DNA from: Marinifilum sp.
Lineage (GTDB): Bacteria; UBA9089; CG2-30-40-21
Direction of reading: 5' to 3'
Length of the DNA: 56,569 nt
Assembly: GCA_020717845.1 (NCBI GenBank)
Contig: DYDG01000001.1
Span: 1-56,569, forward strand
Shown here: piece by piece, positions 29,423-38,561 of the stretch
How positions within the stretch are numbered: the stretch's first letter is position 1
Layout of the letters: every line of letters begins with the position of its first letter
The notes under the pieces: model-generated
Database searches by the model: none
Seen by the model: the letters and a program-made list of their open reading frames with translations, nothing else
Told to the model about the DNA's origin: nothing
Position numbers and translations under genes: made by a program

Positions 29423-31633
29423 ATGTCGAAAATTATTGCATCTGCCGCAATCCGTGGAGCGTATAAGTTAGTCGATCGAGCTGAAAATGAGATTAAATCA
29501 GCAGTAGAAAAGTTTGGCAAGGATAGGAAGGTTGAATTTCCCAATACAGCCTATTACCTGCCTATTATTTATGGGATGACCGGAATAGCTGTAAAAAAAT
29601 TAGGTGATATGGATGAGGTGCTTAATATAGCTAAAGGGCTTCTGCCACCACATCCGTCAGAGAGTGTCTGGCTGCCCTATCTGGGCGGAACATTGGACGC
29701 TGGTATGGCAACGCTGTTTGTTGAAGAGATGATTGAGGCATTGAAATACTTAGAAGAACCTATTCCGTATCTGATTGCTCCATCACCAGATGAAAATAAT
29801 CTCTGGATTGGGGCAGCAGATGATAAGATATTGCGAGAGCGAGGGATAGAATTTGTAGATGGGACTGCCCCAGGTTTTGCAGCCTGTGTCGGCTCACTTC
29901 CTGATGCAGAGACTGCGGTAAAAATAGCCCAGGAGCTTCAGGAAAAAAGCCTTTATGTATTTATGTGTGCCCAGCATAATGGGAAAGGTATGGCTGAACA
30001 GTTGAAAGAAAAAAATATCCAGATGGGGTGGGAAACAAGGCTTGTCCCGTTTGGACAGGATGTTACCTCTGCTGTCTTTGCCCTTGGTTTTGCTGCCAGA
30101 GCAGCCATGTCCTTTGGCGGGGTAAAACCAGGGGATTATAGAAGGATATTGATGTATAACCGCCATCGGGTCTTTGCCTTTGTCTTAGCACTCGGTGAGG
30201 TTACAGATGAATGGTATGCTACGGCTGCTGGTGCTATTAACTATGGTTTTCCAGTAATTGCTGATACAGATATTCCTACTATTTACCCAAGAGGAATATG
30301 TCTTTATGAGCATGTAGTTCCAAATGTTTCTCATGAGGAGATGGTTGCAAAGGCTTTACAGGTCAGAGGGTTAAAGGTGGTTCATGTGAATATAGACATC
30401 CCTGTTGCCTATGCACCTGCCTTTGAGGGTGAGCGAATCAAGAAAGAGGATGTCTTTGTAGAGATGTGCAGCAGCAGAACAAAGAAACCCTCCTTTGAAT
30501 TTGTAACCATGAAACCAATTGAAGAGGTAGAAGATAGCCGGGTAGAGATAATTGGACATGATCTTGATGAGATAAAAGAAGGCGATCTCTTATCACTTGG
30601 GATTGTTGTGGAGATAGCAGGGGCAAGGTTCCAGAAGGATTTTGAGCCTATCCTTGAGCGACAGATACATAAATTTGTCAATGAGGCACAGGGCATCTGG
30701 CATGCAGGGCAACGAGATATTAACTGGGTCAGAATAAGCAAGGCTGCCTTTGCAAAAGGCTTCAGACTGCGGCATTTTGGAAACATCCTTCATGCCAAGA
30801 TCCATGAGGGATATTCAGGGATTGTAGATAAGGTTCAGGTGAAGATATATACAGATGAGGAAAAGGCAAGGGAATTATTGAATATAGCCCGAGCTTCTTA
30901 TGTAGAAAGAGATGAGCGAACCGCTGGTATGACCGATGAGGGTGTGGATGTATTCTATTCCTGTGCCCTCTGTCAATCCTTTGCTCCAACCCATGTTTGT
31001 ATTGTTACCCCAGAGAGACAGGGGTTGTGTGGAGCCTATAGCTGGCTCGACTGTAAAGCATCCTACGAAATAGACCCATACGGACCTAATAAGCCTGTCA
31101 AAAAAGGAGAGGCAATTGACGAGAAGAAGGGTGCCTGGAAAGGGATAAACGAGGCTATCGTAGCCCTGTCTCAAGGCAAGATAGAGCGAATGAATGCCTA
31201 CACCATGATGGAAGACCCTATGACCTCGTGTGGTTGTTTTGAATGTATCTCCTGCCTCTTGCCATTGTGCAATGGGATCATGACCGTAGACAGGGATTCA
31301 AGCATGATGACCCCATGCGGGATGAAGTTCTCCACCCTTGCCGGCTCTGTTGGCGGAGGCGTGCAGTCGCCAGGGTTTATCGGCCATTCCAAGCTTTATA
31401 TCTCCAGCAAGAAGTTTGTCTCTGGAGACGGCGGGCTTTTAAGGCTTACATGGATGCCAAAAAACCTGAAGGAACAGCTTCGGGAAAAATTGGAAAAGCT
31501 ATCAAAAGAGCTGGGTGTAGAAGGGTTTGTCGATATGATTGCCGATGAAACCATAGCTTCAACACAAGAAGAGGTCTATGAGCATATGCAGAGGGTTGGA
31601 CATCCAGCCTTGAATATGGAGTCAATAGTATAG
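29423..31633 (+). CDS. acsB: Acetyl-CoA synthase (CODH/ACS alpha subunit, AcsB)
   Basis: 736 aa. N-terminus NTAYYLPIIYG...IEALKYL. A-cluster motifs CALCQSFAPTHVCIVTPERQGLCG and SCGCFE. Confidence 0.93.
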   Translation: MSKIIASAAIRGAYKLVDRAENEIKSAVEKFGKDRKVEFPNTAYYLPIIYGMTGIAVKKLGDMDEVLNIAKGLLPPHPSESVWLPYLGGTLDAGMATLFVEEMIEALKYLEEPIPYLIAPSPDENNLWIGAADDKILRERGIEFVDGTAPGFAACVGSLPDAETAVKIAQELQEKSLYVFMCAQHNGKGMAEQLKEKNIQMGWETRLVPFGQDVTSAVFALGFAARAAMSFGGVKPGDYRRILMYNRHRVFAFVLALGEVTDEWYATAAGAINYGFPVIADTDIPTIYPRGICLYEHVVPNVSHEEMVAKALQVRGLKVVHVNIDIPVAYAPAFEGERIKKEDVFVEMCSSRTKKPSFEFVTMKPIEEVEDSRVEIIGHDLDEIKEGDLLSLGIVVEIAGARFQKDFEPILERQIHKFVNEAQGIWHAGQRDINWVRISKAAFAKGFRLRHFGNILHAKIHEGYSGIVDKVQVKIYTDEEKARELLNIARASYVERDERTAGMTDEGVDVFYSCALCQSFAPTHVCIVTPERQGLCGAYSWLDCKASYEIDPYGPNKPVKKGEAIDEKKGAWKGINEAIVALSQGKIERMNAYTMMEDPMTSCGCFECISCLLPLCNGIMTVDRDSSMMTPCGMKFSTLAGSVGGGVQSPGFIGHSKLYISSKKFVSGDGGLLRLTWMPKNLKEQLREKLEKLSKELGVEGFVDMIADETIASTQEEVYEHMQRVGHPALNMESIV

Positions 31634-31660
31634 TATGTTTGCTTAAGAGAAAGGTGATTG

Positions 31661-31790
31661 GTAACCATTCAGAGTGTAATGAAGGAAAAAGGGGAAATAG
31701 GGAAAAATGGAAAAAAGAATCTATGGAATAATTAGATTTCCCCTTTTTCCTTACTTTTCCATTTTCCCTTATTTACACCTGAACGCTTAC
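31661..31790. repeat. 130-bp palindromic element, copy B of the 20132-20258 family
   Basis: Left arm GTAACCATTCAGAGTGTAATGAAGG (31661-31685). The diverged right arm CCTTATTTACACCTGAACGCTTAC is at 31767-31790. Same GGAAAA/GGGGAA-rich core. It lies between the convergent genes acsB and arnB-like. Confidence 0.8.
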
Positions 31791-31799
31791 GGTGATTAT

Positions 31800-33026
31800 T
31801 TACTTGCTGTAATAGCCAATCACCTTTCTCACAGCCTCAATCACATCACACACATCCTGTTCTGCAAGCCCTGGATACAGTGGCAAGGAGAGTATCCTTT
31901 CAGCTGCATATTCAGTCACAGGAAATGCCCCTTCACTGAAACCAAACCGCTGCCGATAATATGGATGGAGGTGCAATGCCTGAAAGTGGACGCTAACCCC
32001 GATATTTTCCTTTTGTAGGGCAGAAAGAACCTTGTCCCTTGAAGCATTCAACATATCTGTTTTGAGCATAATAACATAAAGATGCTCAGCGTGCTTGATG
32101 TCTGGTATCCTGCCGATACGAACGATAGCCTCCATATCCTTAAATGCCTCATCATATGCAGCTACATGTTTTTGCCTTAGTTTCAAAAAATCCTCAATCT
32201 TTGCCAATTGACACAGCCCAAGCGATGCCTGAATATCGGTCATATTATATTTATACCCTGGATATAAAACATCATAATGCTGATACCCTTCAGGGGAATA
32301 CCTTTTCCACGCATCCTTGCTCATGCCATGAAGTGCCAGGACACGAATCTTTTCTTCTAATTCCGTAGAATTGGTGGTCAGCATCCCGCCCTCTGCGGTA
32401 GTAAGATTTTTTGTGGCATAAAAGGAAAAGGCAGTCATATCACTGATAGAGCCTACTTTTTTGCCGTGATATTCTGTTTCTGTCGCATGAGCGGCATCCT
32501 CAATGACTATAAGATTATATTTCTTAGCCAGCTCAAGGATCTTATCCATCTCACATGGACAGCCGGCATAATGAACCGGGATGATTGCTTTTGTCTTTGA
32601 AGTAATCTTTTCCTCAATCTTATTGACATCAATGTTCAATGTCCCTGGATCCACATCAACAAAGACCGGGTCAGCCTGAACATGAACAATAACATTGGCT
32701 GTAGCACAAAAGGTCATGGGTGTAGTAATCACCTCATCCTTTTCGCCCTTTTCTTCCTTTTCTTCCACCTTCCCTATCCCTGCAGCAACCAATGCCAGAT
32801 GAAGGGCTGCTGTGCAGGAATTAACAGCAACAGCATGCTCACTTCTGGCATATTTAGCAAATTCAGCTTCAAACTGCTTTGTTTTTGGGCCAGTAGTCAA
32901 CCACCCTGACCTTAGTGTCTGGATAACCGAGAATTCTTCTTTCTCATCAAGCAGTGCCTGATGAAAGCTAAGGAATGTCTCCCTTACTGCTGTTCCGCCC
33001 TCAATAGCTGGTATATTTGTCTTCAT
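31800..33026 (-). CDS. DegT/DnrJ/EryC1/StrS-family sugar aminotransferase (ArnB-like)
   Basis: 408 aa with a PLP-dependent fold-type I sugar aminotransferase pattern (SGWLTTGPKTKQFE, AVNSCTAALHLAL, FSFYATKNLTTAEGG). Carries an EEKEEKGEKDE insertion. Confidence 0.85.
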   Translation of the reverse strand: MKTNIPAIEGGTAVRETFLSFHQALLDEKEEFSVIQTLRSGWLTTGPKTKQFEAEFAKYARSEHAVAVNSCTAALHLALVAAGIGKVEEKEEKGEKDEVITTPMTFCATANVIVHVQADPVFVDVDPGTLNIDVNKIEEKITSKTKAIIPVHYAGCPCEMDKILELAKKYNLIVIEDAAHATETEYHGKKVGSISDMTAFSFYATKNLTTAEGGMLTTNSTELEEKIRVLALHGMSKDAWKRYSPEGYQHYDVLYPGYKYNMTDIQASLGLCQLAKIEDFLKLRQKHVAAYDEAFKDMEAIVRIGRIPDIKHAEHLYVIMLKTDMLNASRDKVLSALQKENIGVSVHFQALHLHPYYRQRFGFSEGAFPVTEYAAERILSLPLYPGLAEQDVCDVIEAVRKVIGYYSK

Positions 33027-33970
33027 TCAATCACCTCTTCAATAATATAATATGGTCTTCCCTGAATTTGTGTATATGTTTTAGCTATATATTCACCTAT
33101 CAATGCCCCGCCAAAGAGCTGCATGGACAGGACAATAAGAACAATCCCAAGCCCGATATTCAATCCACAGTAATCAACAAACAATCCTGAAGCAATAAAG
33201 AACAGGGCAGCTAATATCCCTAATCCTCCAAGCCATGCACCAAGCCAGCAAGCAATCTTTATCGGTGCAACACCAAGGTTTGATGCTAATGAGAGAGCCC
33301 TTTTCATGGCTGCAAACAGCTTTTCTTTCTTTTGCATTTTTTGCAAGGGCACTATCTCTTCTGTATCCTTGTTCCCAGCATCCAGCTCAATCTCTATTGT
33401 CTTTGCCCCAAGCCAGCAAACAAGGTGCGGGATAGATTGGGTGCGTTCACGGCATTGTTTGAGCAAATTGACAATACTGCGACGATATGCCCGTAATCGA
33501 CAGGTATAGCCCTCAATCCGCATCCCTGTCATCTTAAAAATCAGCCAATCTGCCAGTCTTTCGGCAAAAGGTTGTCTATCATTCACACGGCATCCGCTGA
33601 CAACATCATACCCCTTAGCAAGCATTTCTATTAATTGTGGAATACCCTCAGGCCGTTCAGTCATATCCCCGGCAATAGTAACAACGACCCTGCCATTTGC
33701 CTGAGAAAAACCTGCCATTATGGCTGCATTTTCCTCAAAGTTTTTTATGAGCCTGATAATCTTGATATGCTCGTCCTTTTCCCTTAATTCTTTAAGAAGA
33801 AGCAGGGTGCGATCATCGCTTCCATTGTCTACAAATATTATCTCCCATGTCTTGTTAAGCCTTGAGATAACATTATTTAAGCGAAAATACAACTCAACAA
33901 CAGTCCCTTCGTCGTTAAAAAACGACACAACAATTGAGAGTTCAACAACCTCATCCAAAATCTCTTCCAT
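33023..33970 (-). CDS. Family 2 glycosyltransferase with C-terminal TM helices (ArnC / polyprenyl-phosphate glycosyltransferase-like)
   Basis: LSIVVSFFNDEG...IIFVDNGSDDRT GT-A motifs and two C-terminal TM segments. There is a 4-nt overlap with the downstream aminotransferase gene. Confidence 0.8.
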   Translation of the reverse strand: MEEILDEVVELSIVVSFFNDEGTVVELYFRLNNVISRLNKTWEIIFVDNGSDDRTLLLLKELREKDEHIKIIRLIKNFEENAAIMAGFSQANGRVVVTIAGDMTERPEGIPQLIEMLAKGYDVVSGCRVNDRQPFAERLADWLIFKMTGMRIEGYTCRLRAYRRSIVNLLKQCRERTQSIPHLVCWLGAKTIEIELDAGNKDTEEIVPLQKMQKKEKLFAAMKRALSLASNLGVAPIKIACWLGAWLGGLGILAALFFIASGLFVDYCGLNIGLGIVLIVLSMQLFGGALIGEYIAKTYTQIQGRPYYIIEEVIE

Positions 33971-34068
33971 AGCCTATTCCCCATATTCCATAAAAAGCTT
34001 GCCCCATTCAGAAGCCAATATCTTTTTTACTCGCGGCTTACCCTTATGAACAATACTTATATTGCTAC

Positions 34069-34097
34069 AGTATACACTAAATGTTGCAAAAAAGCAA
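34069..34097 (-). promoter_or_regulatory. Candidate sigma70-type promoter for the GT2/aminotransferase operon
   Basis: On the - strand: TTGCTT (34092-34097), a 17-bp spacer and TATACT (34069-34074), ~100 nt upstream of start 33970. Confidence 0.3.
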
Positions 34098-34139
34098 TAC
34101 TTTTTCAACTGTCTTGTGTCAACAATATATCGACAATTT

Positions 34140-34628
34140 TTAACGGCCACAATCACTAACATCTCCCCTTAAGACACTAAGCCCGTGTGGAAGTGCAGGC
34201 ATGATTACATCCAGGCATTCTGTTGCCCCTTTGGGACTGCCAGGCAGATTAACAATCAAACATTGCTTTCTTATCCCAGCGATAGCCCTTGAAAGCATGG
34301 CATGGGGGGTGATCTTAAGACTGGCTAATCGCATGGCTTCAGCCAATCCAGGCACATCCTTCTCTATCACCATAGAGGTAGCCTCAGGGGTAATGTCTCG
34401 CGGAGAACACCCTGTGCCCCCTGTTGTTAAAACAAGATGGCAGCCTCCTACATCTACCATCTCAATAAGCTTTTGAGCAATTATCTCCTTTTCATCCGGA
34501 ACAATATCATACCGGATAACCTCAGCATTCAACCCAGCGACCATTCCCTGAATTGCCTCACCACTCTTATCCTCTCTCATCCCCTTAGAACATCGATCAC
34601 TTATGGTTAATATCCCTATCTTAAACAT
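34140..34628 (-). CDS. mogA: Molybdopterin adenylyltransferase MogA/MoaB family
   Basis: 162 aa with ILTISDR...EDKSG and TTGGTGCSPRDITPEAT. Confidence 0.88.
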   Translation of the reverse strand: MFKIGILTISDRCSKGMREDKSGEAIQGMVAGLNAEVIRYDIVPDEKEIIAQKLIEMVDVGGCHLVLTTGGTGCSPRDITPEATSMVIEKDVPGLAEAMRLASLKITPHAMLSRAIAGIRKQCLIVNLPGSPKGATECLDVIMPALPHGLSVLRGDVSDCGR

Positions 34629-35260
34629 AATGTAGCCTCTTTTGTCCTCTTTTCTGCCTCTTTCTTATCCTGCAGGGTGTTTATATTAAAAAACATGTGC
34701 AACTGCGGATCAAACCGCCTTATTGCCTCCTCCTCAATATACCTTACCCTGACTCTATCTAATAATCGCAGGATACAAAATTCCTTTGCCTTTTTCCCCT
34801 GAGACTCAACCATGCTCGTGCTTATCAACTCTTCAATTTCATTACTGCAGCCCTTGGCATATATCCCGCAAAGCGGTTCAACCCAATTATTTATCATAGG
34901 GATAATTGCCATATCCTCTGGCTCAACCAGAGATATCATATATTTGACAAACCCTATATTGATAAATGGCATATCGCAGGCAAGCACAAGGTTATACTGA
35001 GTATCTGAGGCTAAAAGCCCGGCATGGATGCCGCCAAGTGGACCAATACCCTGTATTACATCCCCAACTATCCTAACATCAGGATGATCAGAGATAGTCC
35101 TTTGTGTGTTAGAAACAACAATTGTTTTCTGGCATACCTCTGAGAAATTATCAATCAATGCTTCCAGAACACCTTTCCCCTTAATCACCATCTCAGCCTT
35201 ATCAGACCCAAATCGTAAACCTTGTCCACCAGCCAGGATTATAGCATTCAATGGATACAT
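34616..35260 (-). CDS. mobA: Molybdenum cofactor guanylyltransferase
   Basis: N-terminus AIILAGGQGLRFGSDKA, with family-typical length. It overlaps the mogA start. Confidence 0.85.
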   Translation of the reverse strand: MYPLNAIILAGGQGLRFGSDKAEMVIKGKGVLEALIDNFSEVCQKTIVVSNTQRTISDHPDVRIVGDVIQGIGPLGGIHAGLLASDTQYNLVLACDMPFINIGFVKYMISLVEPEDMAIIPMINNWVEPLCGIYAKGCSNEIEELISTSMVESQGKKAKEFCILRLLDRVRVRYIEEEAIRRFDPQLHMFFNINTLQDKKEAEKRTKEATLCLR

Positions 35261-35444
35261 TAATCAAATCACCGCCTTAAGGTGTATAACGATCTCTTGC
35301 AAGGCAGAGTATTCCCCTTGTGTCATTAACGTCTAACAGTAGCTACCGCGATGTTTATGGTTGGCTTTTATTCTCCGGCTGCCGGAAAACACAGATGATT
35401 GACATTTGCCATCCTTATTCCCCTTTATGGCTAACGACAAAAAC

Positions 35445-35462
35445 AACCAGCTATGTCTGGTT
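35445..35462 (-). terminator. Terminator-like hairpin after hicA
   Basis: AACCAG-CTATGT-CTGGTT, a 6-bp stem flanked by T-runs on both strands (GTTTTTG on - and CATTTTTT on +). Confidence 0.45.
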
Positions 35463-35471
35463 CATTTTTTA

Positions 35472-35660
35472 TTAACCTATTTCCTTTATTGATAATGCCT
35501 TGCAAATCTTCCGTGCTAATTTATTTGGTATTTCTATATGTCTTGGTACTGCTTCAGCATGTCCTGTAAGTGGATTACACCACAAAGAATGAGAATTGCC
35601 TTCACGCTTGAGATAACATCCGTTTTGTCCCAAATACTTTAATAAGGCGATCCTCTTCAT
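35472..35660 (-). CDS. hicA: Type II toxin HicA (mRNA interferase)
   Basis: 62 aa, LLKYLGQNGCYLKREGNSHSLW...VPRHIEIPNKLARKICKAL, typical of the HicA/YcfA family. Confidence 0.85.
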   Translation of the reverse strand: MKRIALLKYLGQNGCYLKREGNSHSLWCNPLTGHAEAVPRHIEIPNKLARKICKALSIKEIG

Positions 35661-35872
35661 CCTACTGCCACCAATTCTGATATCACATTTTCAGGAAATC
35701 CATGTAAAAAATCCTGCCGTCGATCTTCTAAAATCAGTTCAATTGATTCAGCCAAGTTTTTTAGACATTCTTCTTTTGTTTTTCCTTGGCCATTAGCTCC
35801 TGAAATTTCCGCACAATAGGCAATATACCAATCTTCATCTTTTTCCATTATCGCTGTAAATTCATTATGCAT
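35657..35872 (-). CDS. hicB: Type II antitoxin, HicB family (UPF0150 fold, no appended DNA-binding domain)
   Basis: 71 aa, ...DEDWYIAYCAEISGANGQGKTKEECLKNLAESIELIL. There is a 4-nt overlap with hicA. Confidence 0.8.
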   Translation of the reverse strand: MHNEFTAIMEKDEDWYIAYCAEISGANGQGKTKEECLKNLAESIELILEDRRQDFLHGFPENVISELVAVG

Positions 35873-35926
35873 AATATATCTCCAGTTTTAAAATATTACT
35901 CTGTCAACCAGTTTTTTTGGCTAACA

Positions 35927-36151
35927 CTCGATGTTCAAGGTTTTTCAACCTGTGATAGTCAGAATAGAACGGCTTAGCATATTTGTAGCTGCGGGGGGCT
36001 TGTCCCCGCTATCTTTCAACCACGACTGGAAATAAGAAGCGACCACAAGGGGGTAGCACCCCTGGCAGGTCGCAGCTACAAGAATATCATCGGGCATTTT
36101 ACCTCTTTATTCTGGTGATTACTATGAGCCACAAAAACCTTGAACATCGAG
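35927..36151. repeat. 225-bp nested palindrome / candidate structured RNA next to hicBA
   Basis: Perfect 19-bp outer inverted repeat CTCGATGTTCAAGGTTTTT (35927-35945) / 36133-36151. Perfect 11-bp inner stem TTGTAGCTGCG (35983-35993) / 36071-36081. Two internal GC hairpins. A third outer-arm copy is at 36268-36285. Confidence 0.8.
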
Positions 36152-36313
36152 TAACACCAAAAAATAAGGTTCTTTAACAAATCGTGTGGGTAAGCCCTTC
36201 TGGCTTGCGGGTGAAGACGTGCCAGCGTTCCAGACAGCGATTTGACAGCTTCAGTCGCTTTAATGACAAAAACCTGAACATCGAGCTATAGATATTTACA
36301 GCAAACAAGAACA

Positions 36314-37582
36314 TCACAAATTCCCTCGATACCCAAACTTTTGCACAGCCAGATAATCGTTACACGGATTCTCCTCTACAACTTTATCAAAAATCTCTGC
36401 CAGTCTTTGAGCAATTGCTTCTTTTTCATACTTCATGCTCAATTCTGGAGAATAGTTTGGCTTCAGAATGCCCCGCTTGTAGCAGTCAACAATCTCTTGC
36501 AAAGCAGATTTGATACTGGGAACAGCAGAAAAGGGAGCAACCCAGCCAAGATTTTCTTTTTTTATCAGATTTTCTACTGCCCCTTTATCGCTCAACCCCA
36601 GGATGGGTTTCCTGGCAGCAATACACCTATATATTGCCTGCGGAATGTTTTTCTCTTTATTAGCAATAATTATTCCTGCATCCGCAGTAACCAGCCGTTT
36701 TATCCCTTCTTTATCAGACGTGTCTTCAACATAAAAACAAACATCCTCCAGTGAAAATTCAAGGATAAGCCGCTGCTGTTCTTTATCCATATCTCCAACA
36801 AATTCAACCCGCAACAAATCTCCCAAAGATGAGTCCTTTTTTAACAGCTCTTTTATTGCCCTTAAAAGATATTGATGTGTTGTGTTTTTATCTATCCCTC
36901 CCTGATAAACAAGCCTTAATTTATCATCTACCCTGCTTGATGTATCAACAACCTTCATCTCTTCTGCATCATATCCATCAGGGATACAGACAAATTTATC
37001 CCTTCCCCAGAATGGATATTTTTCGTAAAAAAATTGACACCATCCGTCAGAGCAGGAAACAACCTTTCTTGCATTTTTGATGATGGTTTCCTCCATTTTT
37101 TTCTCTATGTTTTTATAAAATGAAGAGAGTATTCCATGCTTTTTTGTCCCAACCCAATTTTCCCGTATATCTGCTATCCATGGCACCCCTATTTGACCAT
37201 GTGCCTGATACCCAAGCAAGGAAAGAGAATATGGGGGAGCAATGGTATATATCAAATCAAATCTTTGTTTCCCTGTAATTTCTTTTATCTTCCGAAGAAC
37301 ATTTGGAATCCACAGAATTTTTTCATCTGGGATAAGATATGTGGAGACTAAATCTTTTATCCTGTCTGCTTTTTCTAAAAACTTGCCTGGTTTTACCTCG
37401 CAAATATTTGAATAATTAATATCTGCCTCGCTTCTATTGGTCAGGACAGTCAAAACAGACACAGCCCAGCCCGAGGAGGGCAGATGCTTTGCCAATCCTG
37501 CTGCCCGATAGGCAGATTCACTTGTCTGAGGCAAAAAATCATAAGAAATAAGCAATACATGCCGCATTTTTTTATTCTCCAA
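36314..37582 (-). CDS. Glycosyltransferase, GT-B fold (family 1/4-like)
   Basis: 422 aa. N-terminus RHVLLISYDFLPQTSESAYRAAGLAKHL and a C-terminal Rossmann half. The family assignment is only approximate. Confidence 0.6.
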   Translation of the reverse strand: MENKKMRHVLLISYDFLPQTSESAYRAAGLAKHLPSSGWAVSVLTVLTNRSEADINYSNICEVKPGKFLEKADRIKDLVSTYLIPDEKILWIPNVLRKIKEITGKQRFDLIYTIAPPYSLSLLGYQAHGQIGVPWIADIRENWVGTKKHGILSSFYKNIEKKMEETIIKNARKVVSCSDGWCQFFYEKYPFWGRDKFVCIPDGYDAEEMKVVDTSSRVDDKLRLVYQGGIDKNTTHQYLLRAIKELLKKDSSLGDLLRVEFVGDMDKEQQRLILEFSLEDVCFYVEDTSDKEGIKRLVTADAGIIIANKEKNIPQAIYRCIAARKPILGLSDKGAVENLIKKENLGWVAPFSAVPSIKSALQEIVDCYKRGILKPNYSPELSMKYEKEAIAQRLAEIFDKVVEENPCNDYLAVQKFGYRGNL

Positions 37583-38516
37583 AAGTTGGTGGTGTCTTTT
37601 TGGGTTTTTTTGGTTGTGTTTTCCATCTCCGATGAAGCCAAAACCATTGATCCGGGTATTGATAAATATAGTCTTCCAGCACCTTGCACCAGAGCCTTGT
37701 ATTTATCAGCACATCCTCTTTCCAATTATCTGTTTTGACAAGTTCAAGGGGTCTTGACATAGTCATTTGATACCCTGCCCTTTTTCTTATCAGGCAGGTA
37801 ATAATTATTGGAGCAGAGGTTCTTGAGGCCAATATTGCTGGTCCTCTTGCTGTTGATGCCTGTTTGCCAAGAAAATCAACAAATATTCCATGTTCTCCAG
37901 CATCCTGATCCGCTACTAAGAAAAGAAGCCCTTTGTTTTTCAATATCTCGACAAGATTTTTATAAGGCTCTCTATGAGTAACAACCACAGCCCCAGAAGA
38001 GGTTCGATATTGATTAATTACCTCATTGGTTAATCTATTGTTTTGTGGATAAGCAACAGCTGTCAATGGATAATCAAGGACACTGTAGATAGGGTTTATT
38101 AATTCCCAGTTACCAAAATGTCCAATAACATTGATCACCCCTCTCCCCTGTGCCAATGCACTATCCATGTGTTCCTTTCCCTTTATTTCAACAAACCTAT
38201 CTACAAACTCCCTATCTACCCATGGAATATAAAAAAATTCAGCCAGACTCTGTCCAAGGTTAAGGTATACCCTCTTAATAATTCTATCTACTTCCTGTTC
38301 TTTTTTATCCTTGAAGACAGCACAAAGGTTTTCTTTGGCAATAAGGCGATGTTGACGATCAAAAAGATAAGCTATTCCACCAATACACATTCCTATCTTT
38401 CTGGAAATTCTGAAAGAAAACAGACTAAATACTATTTCAAGAATTTTCAGAAGACAATATTCTATATATTTCTTCATCTCTTCTTCGCTCCGCTTCATGA
38501 TACAAGCAGCAATCAC
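37572..38516 (-). CDS. Lipid A biosynthesis (LpxL/HtrB-type) lysophospholipid acyltransferase family protein
   Basis: N-terminal TM segment and the HFGNWE acyltransferase motif, with family-typical length. The start is uncertain (GTG 38516, ATG 38498 or ATG 38477). Confidence 0.75.
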   Translation of the reverse strand: MIAACIMKRSEEEMKKYIEYCLLKILEIVFSLFSFRISRKIGMCIGGIAYLFDRQHRLIAKENLCAVFKDKKEQEVDRIIKRVYLNLGQSLAEFFYIPWVDREFVDRFVEIKGKEHMDSALAQGRGVINVIGHFGNWELINPIYSVLDYPLTAVAYPQNNRLTNEVINQYRTSSGAVVVTHREPYKNLVEILKNKGLLFLVADQDAGEHGIFVDFLGKQASTARGPAILASRTSAPIIITCLIRKRAGYQMTMSRPLELVKTDNWKEDVLINTRLWCKVLEDYIYQYPDQWFWLHRRWKTQPKKPKKTPPTFGE

Positions 38517-38561
38517 TCAATTAGTTGTCAAAAAGCGACAGCAAGCTGCCGCACTCCAAAG

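Noticed and set aside
31707-32018. ORFs that read through palindromic repeats: 31707-32018, 40031-40387, 13867-14166, 13624-13818 and 20994-21242, plus the N-terminal extensions of the parB, tldD, zinc-ribbon and CODH-like ORFs
   Set aside because: Their translations are just repeat words (FPLFPYFSIFPY, PLSRGD, QAGSLCY and the like). Better starts with Shine-Dalgarno sequences exist downstream for the real genes.
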